Positions 35,913 through 45,095 of a DNA stretch of 64,000 nucleotides are shown piece after piece. Where the stretch lies: positions 142-64,141 of the forward strand of contig SVAN01000004.1 of assembly GCA_015059375.1 (NCBI GenBank), given 5' to 3'. A program made the position numbers and the translations under genes. The stretch is from Bacillota bacterium (lineage in GTDB: Bacteria > Bacillota_I > Bacilli_A > RF39 > UBA660). The notes beneath the pieces are model-generated. The model had not been told where the DNA came from, did not search any database, and saw only the letters and a program-made list of their open reading frames with translations. Within the stretch, counting starts at the first letter, position 1. The number at the start of each line of letters is the position of its first letter.

Positions 35913-38429
35913 GTGGCAAAAACACTAGAAGAAAAAACAATTGTAGAAAAAATATATGATTACACTCTCGAAGATATAATGGGAGAACGATTTGGAAGAT
36001 ATGCTAAAAGCATCATTCAAGATCGGGCGCTTCCTGACGTGCGCGATGGATTAAAACCGGTTCAACGCCGCATTTTATATACGATGTGGGAAGATAAAAA
36101 CACTTTTGATCGTCCGTATCGAAAATGCGCTAAAGCTGTTGGGGATGTAATGGGAAAATATCATCCTCATGGTGACTCATCAATATATGGTGCAATGATT
36201 TATATGTCGCAAGCATGGAAAATGCGTGAGATTTTTATTGATATTCACGGAAATAATGGTTCAATTGATGGTGATGGACCTGCGGCTTATCGTTATACAG
36301 AAACAAGATTAACAAAAATTGCTCAAGTAATGCTAAAAGATATTAATCGCAATGCTGTTGAGATGACTTTGAATTATAGCGATGAGGAATTAGAACCCAC
36401 TGTGCTTCCCGCAAATTTTCCTAATCTTTTAGTAAATGGGTCAACTGGTATTTCTGCTGGTTATGCAACAAATATTCCTCCCCATAATCTCGGCGAAATC
36501 GTAGATGCAACAATTCACCGAATTAATAATCCCAATTGTCGTTTAGAAACAATTATGGAGATTGTTAAGGGGCCCGATTTTCCAACGGGTGGAGTTCTCG
36601 AAGGAAAAAGTGGACTTATCCAAGCCTATGAAACTGGGCGCGGTAGAGTAGTTCTTAAAGCTAGAACTGAGATTGTTAAGGAAAAAGGAACTCACCAAAT
36701 TATTATTCATGAGATACCTTATGATGTTTTAAAAGAAAATCTTCGTAAAAAGATCGAGGATATTAAAATAGACAAAAAGGTCGAAGGTATTTTAGAAGTT
36801 CGCGATGAATCAGATAAAGAGAATATGGCAAAGATTATTATTGATTTAAAAAAAGATGCCAATTCAGAGTTTATTTTAAATTATTTATTAAAAAATACGG
36901 AATTACAAATTAATTATAGTTTTAATATGGTTGCTATTGTCAATCGTCGACCAAAACAATTAGGTATTTTAGCAATTTTAGATGCTTTCATTGCACATCA
37001 AAAAGATGTAATTTTAAGAAGAACACGATTTGATTTAGAACATGCTAAAGCTAGATTACATATTGTTGAAGGCCTTTTAAAAGCGGTTGATATTCTTGAT
37101 GAAATTATTAAAACGATAAGAGCATCGAAAAATAAAGCTGATTCAATTGCCAACTTAATAAAGGAATTTTCCTTTACTGAGGAACAAGCAACAGCAATTG
37201 TAACAATGCAATTATATCGGTTATCTAATACTGATATTACTGAATTAACAAATGAAAAAAATGATCTTGAAAGAATGATTGAATTCTTAAATCTTATTTT
37301 AAATGATGAAGAAATATTGAAAAAACAAATGAAACAGGAATTAAATGAGGTTAAAAAAGCTTATAGTTCGCCAAGAAGAACGGAAATTCGTGATGAAGTT
37401 ACAGATATAAAACTAGACATGAAAGATATGATTCCAAAGGAAAAAACAGTTGTTATAGTTACAAACGAAGGATATATTAAACGAATTTCTCCAAAATCCT
37501 TTGCATCAGCAGAAGATCAAATGACACTAAAACCAGGAGATTATATTCGAAATATTTATAATGTAAATACACAAAATACAATTATATTATTTACAAATTT
37601 AGGAAATTATCTCTATATTCCCGTTCATGTAATCCCAGAAAGCAAATGGAAAGAGCTAGGTAAACATATTAATAATATAGTTATGATGAGTTCCGATGAA
37701 AAAGTAATTGATAGTATTGTCTTTGATGATAAAGATAAAGATGTTACGATTACAACAAAGCTAGGAATGGTTAAGAGGGTTAAGATTGCTGACTTCGAAG
37801 TAACCAGATATTCAAAGCCAATTATGGCAATGAAATTAAAAGAAGATGATGAAGTTTTATCTGTAAAAATTACAGGTAAAGAAATTTTGTTAGTAACTTC
37901 AGTCGGGTATTATCTAAAATATTTGACAACAGAAATCCCAATTATCGGAACTAAAGCCGCTGGCGTTAAAGCAATTAATTTAAAAGACGATTATTTAGTT
38001 TGTTCTGATCAAGTTTTAACTGAAAGCGAGTATTTGAATATTTTTACCAATAATAATACTGCTAAGAGAGTAAAACTAACGGATTTGGTTACTTTGTCAC
38101 GAGCTAAAAAAGGTAATTTAATAATGAAAAAACCAAAAACTAAAGATTATTGTGTTAATTTTGGTTATGTAAGTGAAGCTAGAACAATTAATATAATGAA
38201 GTGTGATAGTGAAATAACGGAGATTAAGAATGCTGAAATTCCAATTATGGATTTAGCTAGTACAGGAAGTTTATTTACTAAACAAAAGGTAGAAGAAGTA
38301 AAACCAAAGAATGATATTTTTACATTCCAAGAGGAAATCCAAGAATCAATAAATGAGAATATTCCAGTAGAACCTAAAGAATCTGGGCAATTGTCTTTCG
38401 ATGATTTTATTAATGATTTTAAAATTTAA
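35913..38429 (+). CDS. parC: DNA topoisomerase IV subunit A
   Basis: 838 aa. KPVQRRILY, KYHPHGDSS, HGNNGSIDGD (ParC-type; GyrA has GNFGS), catalytic-Tyr segment AAYRYTE. No GyrA-box (QRRGGKG) in the C-terminal domain. Confidence 0.85.
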   Translation: MAKTLEEKTIVEKIYDYTLEDIMGERFGRYAKSIIQDRALPDVRDGLKPVQRRILYTMWEDKNTFDRPYRKCAKAVGDVMGKYHPHGDSSIYGAMIYMSQAWKMREIFIDIHGNNGSIDGDGPAAYRYTETRLTKIAQVMLKDINRNAVEMTLNYSDEELEPTVLPANFPNLLVNGSTGISAGYATNIPPHNLGEIVDATIHRINNPNCRLETIMEIVKGPDFPTGGVLEGKSGLIQAYETGRGRVVLKARTEIVKEKGTHQIIIHEIPYDVLKENLRKKIEDIKIDKKVEGILEVRDESDKENMAKIIIDLKKDANSEFILNYLLKNTELQINYSFNMVAIVNRRPKQLGILAILDAFIAHQKDVILRRTRFDLEHAKARLHIVEGLLKAVDILDEIIKTIRASKNKADSIANLIKEFSFTEEQATAIVTMQLYRLSNTDITELTNEKNDLERMIEFLNLILNDEEILKKQMKQELNEVKKAYSSPRRTEIRDEVTDIKLDMKDMIPKEKTVVIVTNEGYIKRISPKSFASAEDQMTLKPGDYIRNIYNVNTQNTIILFTNLGNYLYIPVHVIPESKWKELGKHINNIVMMSSDEKVIDSIVFDDKDKDVTITTKLGMVKRVKIADFEVTRYSKPIMAMKLKEDDEVLSVKITGKEILLVTSVGYYLKYLTTEIPIIGTKAAGVKAINLKDDYLVCSDQVLTESEYLNIFTNNNTAKRVKLTDLVTLSRAKKGNLIMKKPKTKDYCVNFGYVSEARTINIMKCDSEITEIKNAEIPIMDLASTGSLFTKQKVEEVKPKNDIFTFQEEIQESINENIPVEPKESGQLSFDDFINDFKI

Positions 38430-38452
38430 GCAGATTAATTTCTGCTTTTTTT
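38429..38452 (+). terminator. rho-independent terminator after parC
   Basis: AGCAGA / TCTGCT hairpin followed by T-run. Confidence 0.7.
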
Positions 38453-38475
38453 CATATAATTAAATGGTGATATGA

Positions 38476-38820
38476 TTGGATAAAAAGGAATCATTTAAAA
38501 GTTTCGTAGCTAATAAACCTTATTTAGCTAGTTACGTTGAAAGTGGAAAAATGTCTTGGCAAAATTTTTATGAGCTTTATGATTTATATGGGGAGTCATC
38601 TTCGGTTTGGGATAGTTACAATCGTAAAGAAAATAATGCTAGTGCTAAAAATACGCTTAATGATTTATTTAAAAGTGTTGATATTAATTCAATTAAAGAA
38701 CACATTAATACAGCACAAAAAGCTCTTGATTTTGTACAAGAATTAACAGGAAAATCGGTAAGTAATAGTTCATCATCCGTAGTATCTCCGCGACCATTAA
38801 ATAAGTTTTTTGAGGATTAA
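38476..38820 (+). CDS. YlbD-like putative spore coat protein
   Basis: 114 aa. SFKSFVANKPYLASYVESGKMSWQNFYELYDLYGESSSVWDSY resembles, from memory, the YlbD_coat family pattern (...KTWQE(L/F)YE.W.LLGE....W..Y). Confidence 0.45.
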   Translation: MDKKESFKSFVANKPYLASYVESGKMSWQNFYELYDLYGESSSVWDSYNRKENNASAKNTLNDLFKSVDINSIKEHINTAQKALDFVQELTGKSVSNSSSSVVSPRPLNKFFED

Positions 38821-39041
38821 TGAAGCAGATAATTAGTAGACAACTTTTAGAAAATCCTAGATTGCTTAGCCATTTTATGGAACAATCATATTGGATAAAG
38901 CAATTAAATCGTCACTTAGATAGTTGGAAAGACTTTAATAAACAAATGAAAATCTTATATAAAGAAAGGTCTACGGATAAAATAAATAGTGCAATAGATG
39001 GAATTGAAATGCTTTCGTCGTTAATTGACGCAACTAAGTGA
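38820..39041 (+). CDS. YlbE-like protein
   Basis: 73 aa. ...LLENPRLLSHFMEQSYWIKQLNRH... resembles, from memory, the YlbE-like pattern (...F(I/L)REQP.WYR.L.R.P). Translationally coupled to the YlbD-like gene, as in Bacillus ylbD-ylbE. Confidence 0.4.
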   Translation: MKQIISRQLLENPRLLSHFMEQSYWIKQLNRHLDSWKDFNKQMKILYKERSTDKINSAIDGIEMLSSLIDATK

Positions 39042-39100
39042 AAATCTCTTGAAATTACCTAATATAATATGATAATATTAAATCATAGAGGTGAGTGGAT

Positions 39101-39613
39101 ATGTTAAGAAACAAAGATGGTTTCACATTAGTAGAATTACTAGCAGTTATCGTTATTTTAGCGGTTGTTATGCTTATTGCTGTTACGGCTGTTGGACCAA
39201 TGATGACAAGGTCAAGAATTAGTGCATTAGGCACAGAAGGAATTAAAGTTATTGATGCAGCAAAAACTGCATATCAAGCTGAACAATTATCAGGAACTTC
39301 TGCAATTAAAGCAACTTCATCAGTATGTTTTGATTTAGCTTGGTTATACAACGAACAATATTTTGAAAAAGGTTCTGGTGCTAGTGGTGATGGATATGAA
39401 GGTTCTGTATTAGTTACATATTCAGGCGGAAAATATTCTTATAAATATTGGTTAACTAATAGTACTTATTGGTTAGTAGAAGCTGAAGCAAATGGTGGAT
39501 ATTCTGAAGTAAACAATACAACCGTTCGTGATAATGGAACTGGTTTAACAATGAATAACTGTGGCGGAGCTACAAGTGTTGTTAAATGTTCTGGCACTAG
39601 TGCGTGTGCATAG
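39101..39613 (+). CDS. type IV prepilin / pseudopilin-like protein (orphan)
   Basis: 170 aa from ATG 39101 (RBS AGAGGTGA). Class III signal MLRNKDG|FTLVELLAVIVILAVVMLIAV with Glu at +5. C-terminal Cys residues (NNCGG...VVKCSGTSACA) suggest a disulfide loop. Confidence 0.85.
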   Translation: MLRNKDGFTLVELLAVIVILAVVMLIAVTAVGPMMTRSRISALGTEGIKVIDAAKTAYQAEQLSGTSAIKATSSVCFDLAWLYNEQYFEKGSGASGDGYEGSVLVTYSGGKYSYKYWLTNSTYWLVEAEANGGYSEVNNTTVRDNGTGLTMNNCGGATSVVKCSGTSACA

Positions 39614-39622
39614 TATTGAATT

Positions 39623-39648
39623 AAACCGATAGAAATATCGGTTTTTTT
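39623..39648 (+). terminator. rho-independent terminator after the pilin gene
   Basis: AAACCGATA / TATCGGTTT hairpin followed by T-run. Confidence 0.8.
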
Positions 39649-39678
39649 GTGGTAAAATTTAGATAGAGGTAATGAAAA

Positions 39679-40566
39679 ATGATAATAGGATCACATGTTA
39701 GTTTTGGTGGGAAAGGCTTACTTGGTAGTGCAACTGAAGCTGTTAGTTATGGGGCAAATACCTTTATGTGTTACACTGGGGCACCGCAAAATACACTGAG
39801 AAAGCCCATTGATGAAGAGTCAGTCCGAAAAGCACATGAATATATGCAAGAAAATGGAATAAATCCAGAAAATATTATATGTCATGCTCCGTATATTATT
39901 AATCTCGCTAACAAAAGTAAACCGGAAGCGTGGGAATTTAGTGTTAGTTTTTTAAAACAAGAGTTAAAAAGATGTGAAGCTCTTGGTATTAAATACATTG
40001 TTCTTCATCCTGGAAGCGCTGTATCACATACGAAGGAAGAGGCTTTGGAGAATATTTGTGATGCCCTGAATGACATTATTAATGTTGATACAAAAGTTAT
40101 GATTTTGCTCGAAACAATGGCCGGTAAAGGTACCGAATGTGGCAGAAACGTAGAAGAAATTAAAAACATTTTAGATAATATTATTTTTAAAGATAAGATA
40201 GGTGTTTGTCTTGATACTTGTCATTTACATGATTCAGGAATTGATTTAACTACTTTTGATGAATATTTAGAGAAGTTTCATGAATTAATAGGGATTCACA
40301 AAATAAAATGTATTCATATTAACGATAGTTTAAATCAGTTAGGATCTCATAAAGATCGTCATGCTAATTTAGGCTATGGAAAAATAGGATTTAATAATTT
40401 GTTATCTGTAATATATAATGAAAAATTAAAAGATGTTCCTAAAATATTAGAAACACCTTATATTAATAATTATCCACCTTATAAATTTGAAATTGAAGCA
40501 ATCAAAAATAAAGAATTTGATGATAATTTATTTAAACGTGTTGAGGATTATTACAAAAATCTTTGA
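39679..40566 (+). CDS. nfo: deoxyribonuclease IV (endonuclease IV)
   Basis: 295 aa. HAPYIINLAN, VLHPGS, LETMAGKGTE, CLDTCHLHDSG, HINDS. Confidence 0.9.
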   Translation: MIIGSHVSFGGKGLLGSATEAVSYGANTFMCYTGAPQNTLRKPIDEESVRKAHEYMQENGINPENIICHAPYIINLANKSKPEAWEFSVSFLKQELKRCEALGIKYIVLHPGSAVSHTKEEALENICDALNDIINVDTKVMILLETMAGKGTECGRNVEEIKNILDNIIFKDKIGVCLDTCHLHDSGIDLTTFDEYLEKFHELIGIHKIKCIHINDSLNQLGSHKDRHANLGYGKIGFNNLLSVIYNEKLKDVPKILETPYINNYPPYKFEIEAIKNKEFDDNLFKRVEDYYKNL

Positions 40567-40811
40567 TATTTAGAAAAGTATTCGGTGAATACTTTTTTTA
40601 CTTTATCAAAATTTTCGGGACTATATTTACTTTTATAACGGTCAATGTTAAAAAGTTTCGGATTTTGTAGGATTTCTTTATAATTTTTTTTAATAAAAGT
40701 ATATGTAAACTCTAATTCTTCATTAGATAGATTAACACTTTTCTTTTTAGCAAAAGTATCAACATCATTAATGGATAAATTTTTCATATATCTATCGACT
40801 ATATTAAACAT
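40551..40811 (-). CDS. small hypothetical protein (possibly DUF2624-like)
   Basis: 86 aa. Convergent with nfo, 16-nt 3' overlap. The family call is from memory of the pattern only. Confidence 0.4.
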   Translation of the reverse strand: MFNIVDRYMKNLSINDVDTFAKKKSVNLSNEELEFTYTFIKKNYKEILQNPKLFNIDRYKSKYSPENFDKVKKVFTEYFSKYQRFL

Positions 40812-40849
40812 TGTATCACCTTAATACATTGTATGATTTATTTTTTTAA

Positions 40850-42799
40850 ATGAATACTAATTGTAGGGTGATTTGTATAAAAAAAATTATCTTTTTAATT
40901 TGTATTTTTTTGTTGTTGGGGTCGTATATTTGTCTTTATTATGTAAATAATGCTAAATTTTATCAAGAAGAATTATTAACTAAAACCGAATTATTTATTG
41001 AGGGGCCATCAGCTCCGAGAGGGAGAATCTTTGACGTCAACGGTAATGTTTTAGTTGATAATAAGACGATTAATAACCTAGTGTTTCACTATGTTAAAGG
41101 AATTGATACATTAGAAGTTGCAGAAAATTTAGTGCATTACTTTAATTTTCCTGAACCATCTGAAAAAGCATTAATTAATTATTATAAAGCAAAAAATAAC
41201 GTTAACAATTTACTTACAAAAGATGAAAAAAAACTCATTCAAGAAAGAAAAATAGATAAAGATGAAACCATTAACAATAAAATAAAACAAATAATTTCTG
41301 TTTTAACTGATTATGAAAAACAATGTGCAATGGCATATTACCTATTAAATGATGGGTATTTATATAGTCCCAAAATAATTGTTGAAGATTTGACAGATGA
41401 GCAAATTGCAATGATTATAAATAATCTTCCTTTGGGGATAACTATTGAAAAAGCATACGAAAGATATTATCCATATGGTAAAATATTAAAAAATATTTTT
41501 GGAACAGTTGGTAATATTACGGAAGATAATAAATCTGAATATTTATCCTTAGGTTACGATTTAAATGATAAGGTGGGTCTTAGTTATTTAGAAAAATATT
41601 ATGATGAGTATTTGCAGGGAAAACCCGCAATCTATGAAGTTAATGACGATTATTCTTTAAAGTTGTTTAGGGCAGAAGTACCTGGTAATGATTTATACCT
41701 TTCGATTGATATTAATTTACAACTTAAGGTTGAAGAAATAATTGAAAGAAACCTTGTTCAAGCAAAAAAATATCCTAATACGGAATATCTTAGTGATTCA
41801 TATGTAATTATTTCTAATCCCAAAACTGGTGAAATTAGAGCAATTGCAGGAAAAAGATATCTTAAGAATCAGGAATTTAATGATGTTGTTATTAATAATA
41901 TTTCTTCATCTTTTACAATGGGGTCGGTAGTTAAGGGCGCTACTATAAGTGTGGGATACCAAAATAACTTAATTACTCCTGAAAAGAAAATCTTAGATTT
42001 ATGCGTTAAATTAAAAAATCAAACCGCTAAATGTTCTTGGAAAAAACTTGGATATTTAAACGCGATAACAGCTTTAGAACAAAGCTCAAACTATTATCAA
42101 TTTTTAATTGCAATAGGTCTTACTGGTCAAAAATATGTTCCAAATATGGATTTAAAAGTAACTGAAAAAGAGTTTACTGTTTACCGAGAAATGTTAGCTT
42201 CTTATGGTTTAGGTATTAAAACTGGGATTGATTTGCCTAACGAAAAGATTGGGTTAATAGGTAGTAAAATATCCTCAGATTTACTTTTAAATTTAGCAAT
42301 TGGTCAGTATGATACATATACCCCAATTGAACTATTAACTTATATTAATACATTAGCCTCTTACGGAAAACGAAGAAGTCCGAGTTTAGTATCTAAAATA
42401 ATTGGGACTAATAACGATGTGCTTTATGAAAATGATTACACGGTTATCGATAATGTTGATATAACGCAAGAAAATATGAAGCTGATTCATGAAGGTTTAT
42501 ATTATGTTATGAATCGCGGAACCGGATTAGGATTTATGAATCGCAAATTAGTACCCGCCGGTAAAACTGGAACAAGTGAGTCTTTTTGGGATACCGATAA
42601 TGATGGAATTATTGATACGAAAACGCTTACTTTAACTTTAGCGGGCTTTTTTCCATATAATAATCCAGAGTATAGTATGGTAGTAATTTGTCCAAATGCA
42701 TCGCACAATAATGGTTCTAAAGATTATATTTATTATCTAACAAGCCGAATAAGCCGCGAAATAACCGATTTTATGTTTGAAAATATAGTAATTCCTTGA
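40850..42799 (+). CDS. class B penicillin-binding protein (PBP2/SpoVD-type transpeptidase)
   Basis: 649 aa. N-terminal TM, dimerisation domain, transpeptidase motifs SxxK (GSVVKGA), SSN (EQSSNYY) and KTG (GKTGTSE). Confidence 0.85.
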   Translation: MNTNCRVICIKKIIFLICIFLLLGSYICLYYVNNAKFYQEELLTKTELFIEGPSAPRGRIFDVNGNVLVDNKTINNLVFHYVKGIDTLEVAENLVHYFNFPEPSEKALINYYKAKNNVNNLLTKDEKKLIQERKIDKDETINNKIKQIISVLTDYEKQCAMAYYLLNDGYLYSPKIIVEDLTDEQIAMIINNLPLGITIEKAYERYYPYGKILKNIFGTVGNITEDNKSEYLSLGYDLNDKVGLSYLEKYYDEYLQGKPAIYEVNDDYSLKLFRAEVPGNDLYLSIDINLQLKVEEIIERNLVQAKKYPNTEYLSDSYVIISNPKTGEIRAIAGKRYLKNQEFNDVVINNISSSFTMGSVVKGATISVGYQNNLITPEKKILDLCVKLKNQTAKCSWKKLGYLNAITALEQSSNYYQFLIAIGLTGQKYVPNMDLKVTEKEFTVYREMLASYGLGIKTGIDLPNEKIGLIGSKISSDLLLNLAIGQYDTYTPIELLTYINTLASYGKRRSPSLVSKIIGTNNDVLYENDYTVIDNVDITQENMKLIHEGLYYVMNRGTGLGFMNRKLVPAGKTGTSESFWDTDNDGIIDTKTLTLTLAGFFPYNNPEYSMVVICPNASHNNGSKDYIYYLTSRISREITDFMFENIVIP

Positions 42800-42834
42800 T
42801 ATAATAAATTAGGTTTGAAAAAGGAGGCAGAATC

Positions 42835-42999
42835 ATGGCTAAAAACGAAAATAGACAACATGTTATTAATAAATGTAGTGAATGTGGAAAAGAACTTCGT
42901 CCAATTTGCAAAAATAAGAAAAATAATCCAGAACGTTTAGAACTTAAAAGATATTGTTCTAATTGCCGTAAACATGTAGTAGCAAAAGAAAAGAAGTAG
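42835..42999 (+). CDS. rpmG: 50S ribosomal protein L33
   Basis: Not in the ORF track (54 aa). My translation: MAKNENRQHVINKCSECGKELRPICKNKKNNPERLELKRYCSNCRKHVVAKEKK. RBS AAAGGAGG lies 6 nt upstream. Has the L33 zinc-ribbon Cys pairs and the NNPERLELKRYC motif. Confidence 0.9.
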   Translation: MAKNENRQHVINKCSECGKELRPICKNKKNNPERLELKRYCSNCRKHVVAKEKK

Positions 43000-43014
43000 G
43001 AAGGAAAGTAGTTT

Positions 43015-43575
43015 ATGAACATTAATATAAATGATATTAAAAATGGAATGACTGTTGTAATGGATGGCAACCTTTATGTTATTCAAGAATTTCAACATGT
43101 TAAACCGGGTAAAGGCCCAGCTTTTGTAAGAATAAAATTAAAAAATTTAAGAACTGGTTCTACGACTGAAGATACTTTTAATACAAATATCAAAATCCAA
43201 AAGGCTCATATCGAAAAAATCAATGTTCAATACTTGTATTCAGCAGGAGATGTTTATACTTTCATGAACAATGAAACTTATGAACAAATAGAGGTTCCTG
43301 CAAAAACTTTAGGGGATAATATTGATTTCATTAAAGAAGGTTTAGATATTACAATTGATTTTTATGAAGGTGAAATTATTGGTATTACCCTTCCAGAAAA
43401 AGTTGAATATGAAATTATTGAGACTGAACCTGCGGTAAAAGGAAATACTGCCACTAATGCTAGTAAAGATGCCAAAATTGAAACTGGTTATGTAGTAAGA
43501 GTACCTTTATTTATTAATCAAGGAGAAAAAATCATCGTTACAACAAGCGATGGTAAATATTCAGGAAGAGCATAA
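43015..43575 (+). CDS. efp: elongation factor P
   Basis: 186 aa. ...VIQEFQHVKPGKGPAFVRIKLKNLRTG... with the conserved modified-Lys loop KPGKG. Confidence 0.95.
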   Translation: MNININDIKNGMTVVMDGNLYVIQEFQHVKPGKGPAFVRIKLKNLRTGSTTEDTFNTNIKIQKAHIEKINVQYLYSAGDVYTFMNNETYEQIEVPAKTLGDNIDFIKEGLDITIDFYEGEIIGITLPEKVEYEIIETEPAVKGNTATNASKDAKIETGYVVRVPLFINQGEKIIVTTSDGKYSGRA

Positions 43576-43590
43576 TGCTCTTTTTCTTTT
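43565..43590 (+). terminator. rho-independent terminator after efp
   Basis: AAGAGCA / TGCTCTT hairpin spanning the stop codon, followed by T-run. Confidence 0.55.
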
Positions 43591-43639
43591 TGTGATAATT
43601 ATTATTTGCAAACTATATTAAATTTGTTATAATTAGTTT

Positions 43640-43776
43640 GTTGAAGCGAAGGAAAATTTACAACTTTCCATTTCAAATCGTAGATGGCGTTAACATAAAA
43701 GAGTATGATAATCTCATAAAATAAGGTGGTACCGCGGGAACTCTCGTCCTTATATTTTATGAGATTTTTTATTTTT
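43640..43776 (+). ncRNA. T-box leader (Tyr) upstream of tyrS, unusually compact
   Basis: Conserved T-box core AAGGTGGTACCGCGGGAACTCTCGTCC (43723-43749). Hairpin ATCTCATAAAATA / TATTTTATGAGAT followed by T6. Candidate specifier UAC-A at 43659-43662. Extended -10 promoter TGTTATAAT at 43625-43633, with TTGCAA at 43606-43611. Confidence 0.85.
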
Positions 43777-43787
43777 AGGAGGAAAAT

Positions 43788-45014
43788 ATGACATTATATG
43801 AAGAATTAAAATGGAGGGGGCTTATTCAAGACATTAGCAGTCCCGAACTTATTGAAAAATTAAATGCCGGAGGACTTACGTTTTATATTGGAACGGATCC
43901 TACTGCTGATTCGATGCACATTGGTCATTATTCATCGTTTTTAATTTCTAAAAGGTTAGCAAAAGCTGGACATCATCCCTTGTTATTAGTAGGTGGAGCA
44001 ACTGGACTTATTGGCGATCCAAAACCGACAGCTGAAAGACCGATGATTACTAAAGAAGAGGTTGAAAAAAATATTCAAGGCTTAACTAAACAAGCTGAAT
44101 CGATTTTTGGCTTTGAAGTAGTTAATAATTTTGATTGGACTAAGGATATTAATGTAATTGACTTTTTAAGAGATTATGGGAAATATTTTAATGTCAACTA
44201 TATGCTTGCGAAAGATAAAGTAAAATCACGATTGGAAACCGGAATTACTTATGCGGAATTTTCTTATATGATTTTGCAAGCTTTAGATTTTTTATACTTA
44301 TATGAAAATCGGGGCTGTACATTGCAAGTTGCAGGTTCTGACCAATGGGGAAATATAACTTCAGGCATTGAGTTAATAAGAAAAAAACTTGATAAAGAAG
44401 CCTATGGCATGGTTATGCCTTTGGTTACTGATTCGCAAGGTAAAAAATTTGGTAAAACCGAAGGAAATGCTTTATGGCTTGATAAAAATAAAACGAGTAG
44501 CTATGAATTATATCAATACTTAATTAATCTTGAAGATGCAATGATTATTAGTTATTTGAAAATGTTAACTTTTTTAACCCCTGAAGAAATTGAAAAGATT
44601 GAAGCAGAACATTTATTAAACCCTGAACAACGTCTTGCTCAAAAAGCATTAGCTAAAGAAATTATTACAGATTTGCATGGAACTGAAGAATATGAAAATG
44701 CAGTTAAACAAGCACAAGCTTTATTTAGTGGTAGTGTTAAAGATTTAAGTAGTGAATTTATATTAAATGAATTTAAAGATGTTAACAAGATTTCTGTAAA
44801 AAAAGGGGATAAATTATTAGATATTTTAGTTAATGGTCAAGTGTGTGTTTCCAAAAGAGAAGCCAGAGAAATGATTTCCGGAAACGCGATTAGCATCAAT
44901 GGTGATAAAGTTGCTGATTTAGAAAAAACAATTGTCGAAAGTGATTTTATTGATAATAAAGTAATGCTTCTTAAAAAAGGTAAAAAGAGTTATTTTTTAG
45001 GAATTCTTGAATAA
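43788..45014 (+). CDS. tyrS: tyrosine--tRNA ligase
   Basis: 408 aa. HIGH motif (DSMHIGHY), KMSKS variant KFGKT, C-terminal S4-like domain. Confidence 0.95.
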   Translation: MTLYEELKWRGLIQDISSPELIEKLNAGGLTFYIGTDPTADSMHIGHYSSFLISKRLAKAGHHPLLLVGGATGLIGDPKPTAERPMITKEEVEKNIQGLTKQAESIFGFEVVNNFDWTKDINVIDFLRDYGKYFNVNYMLAKDKVKSRLETGITYAEFSYMILQALDFLYLYENRGCTLQVAGSDQWGNITSGIELIRKKLDKEAYGMVMPLVTDSQGKKFGKTEGNALWLDKNKTSSYELYQYLINLEDAMIISYLKMLTFLTPEEIEKIEAEHLLNPEQRLAQKALAKEIITDLHGTEEYENAVKQAQALFSGSVKDLSSEFILNEFKDVNKISVKKGDKLLDILVNGQVCVSKREAREMISGNAISINGDKVADLEKTIVESDFIDNKVMLLKKGKKSYFLGILE

Positions 45015-45036
45015 AATGCCGTAGGGCATTTTTTTG
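45014..45036 (+). terminator. rho-independent terminator after tyrS
   Basis: AAATGCC / GGCATTT hairpin followed by T-run. Confidence 0.75.
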
Positions 45037-45095
45037 TTGCAGTAAATATTTTATTATGATATGATTATGGCCTTGCACATAAGAAAGGGGAGATA

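Noticed and set aside
34006-38429. Calling the type II topoisomerase pair gyrB/gyrA
   Set aside because: The subunit A has HGNNGSIDGD, where GyrA has GNFGS, and lacks a GyrA box. The subunit B shares ParE-specific segments (FFYENG, LLQFEGQTK). The pair is not next to dnaA/dnaN/recF. The call is therefore parE/parC.
42771-43070. 99-aa minus-strand ORF between the PBP gene and efp
   Set aside because: The + strand here encodes a textbook ribosomal protein L33 (42835-42999) with a strong RBS. The minus ORF also runs over the efp start region.
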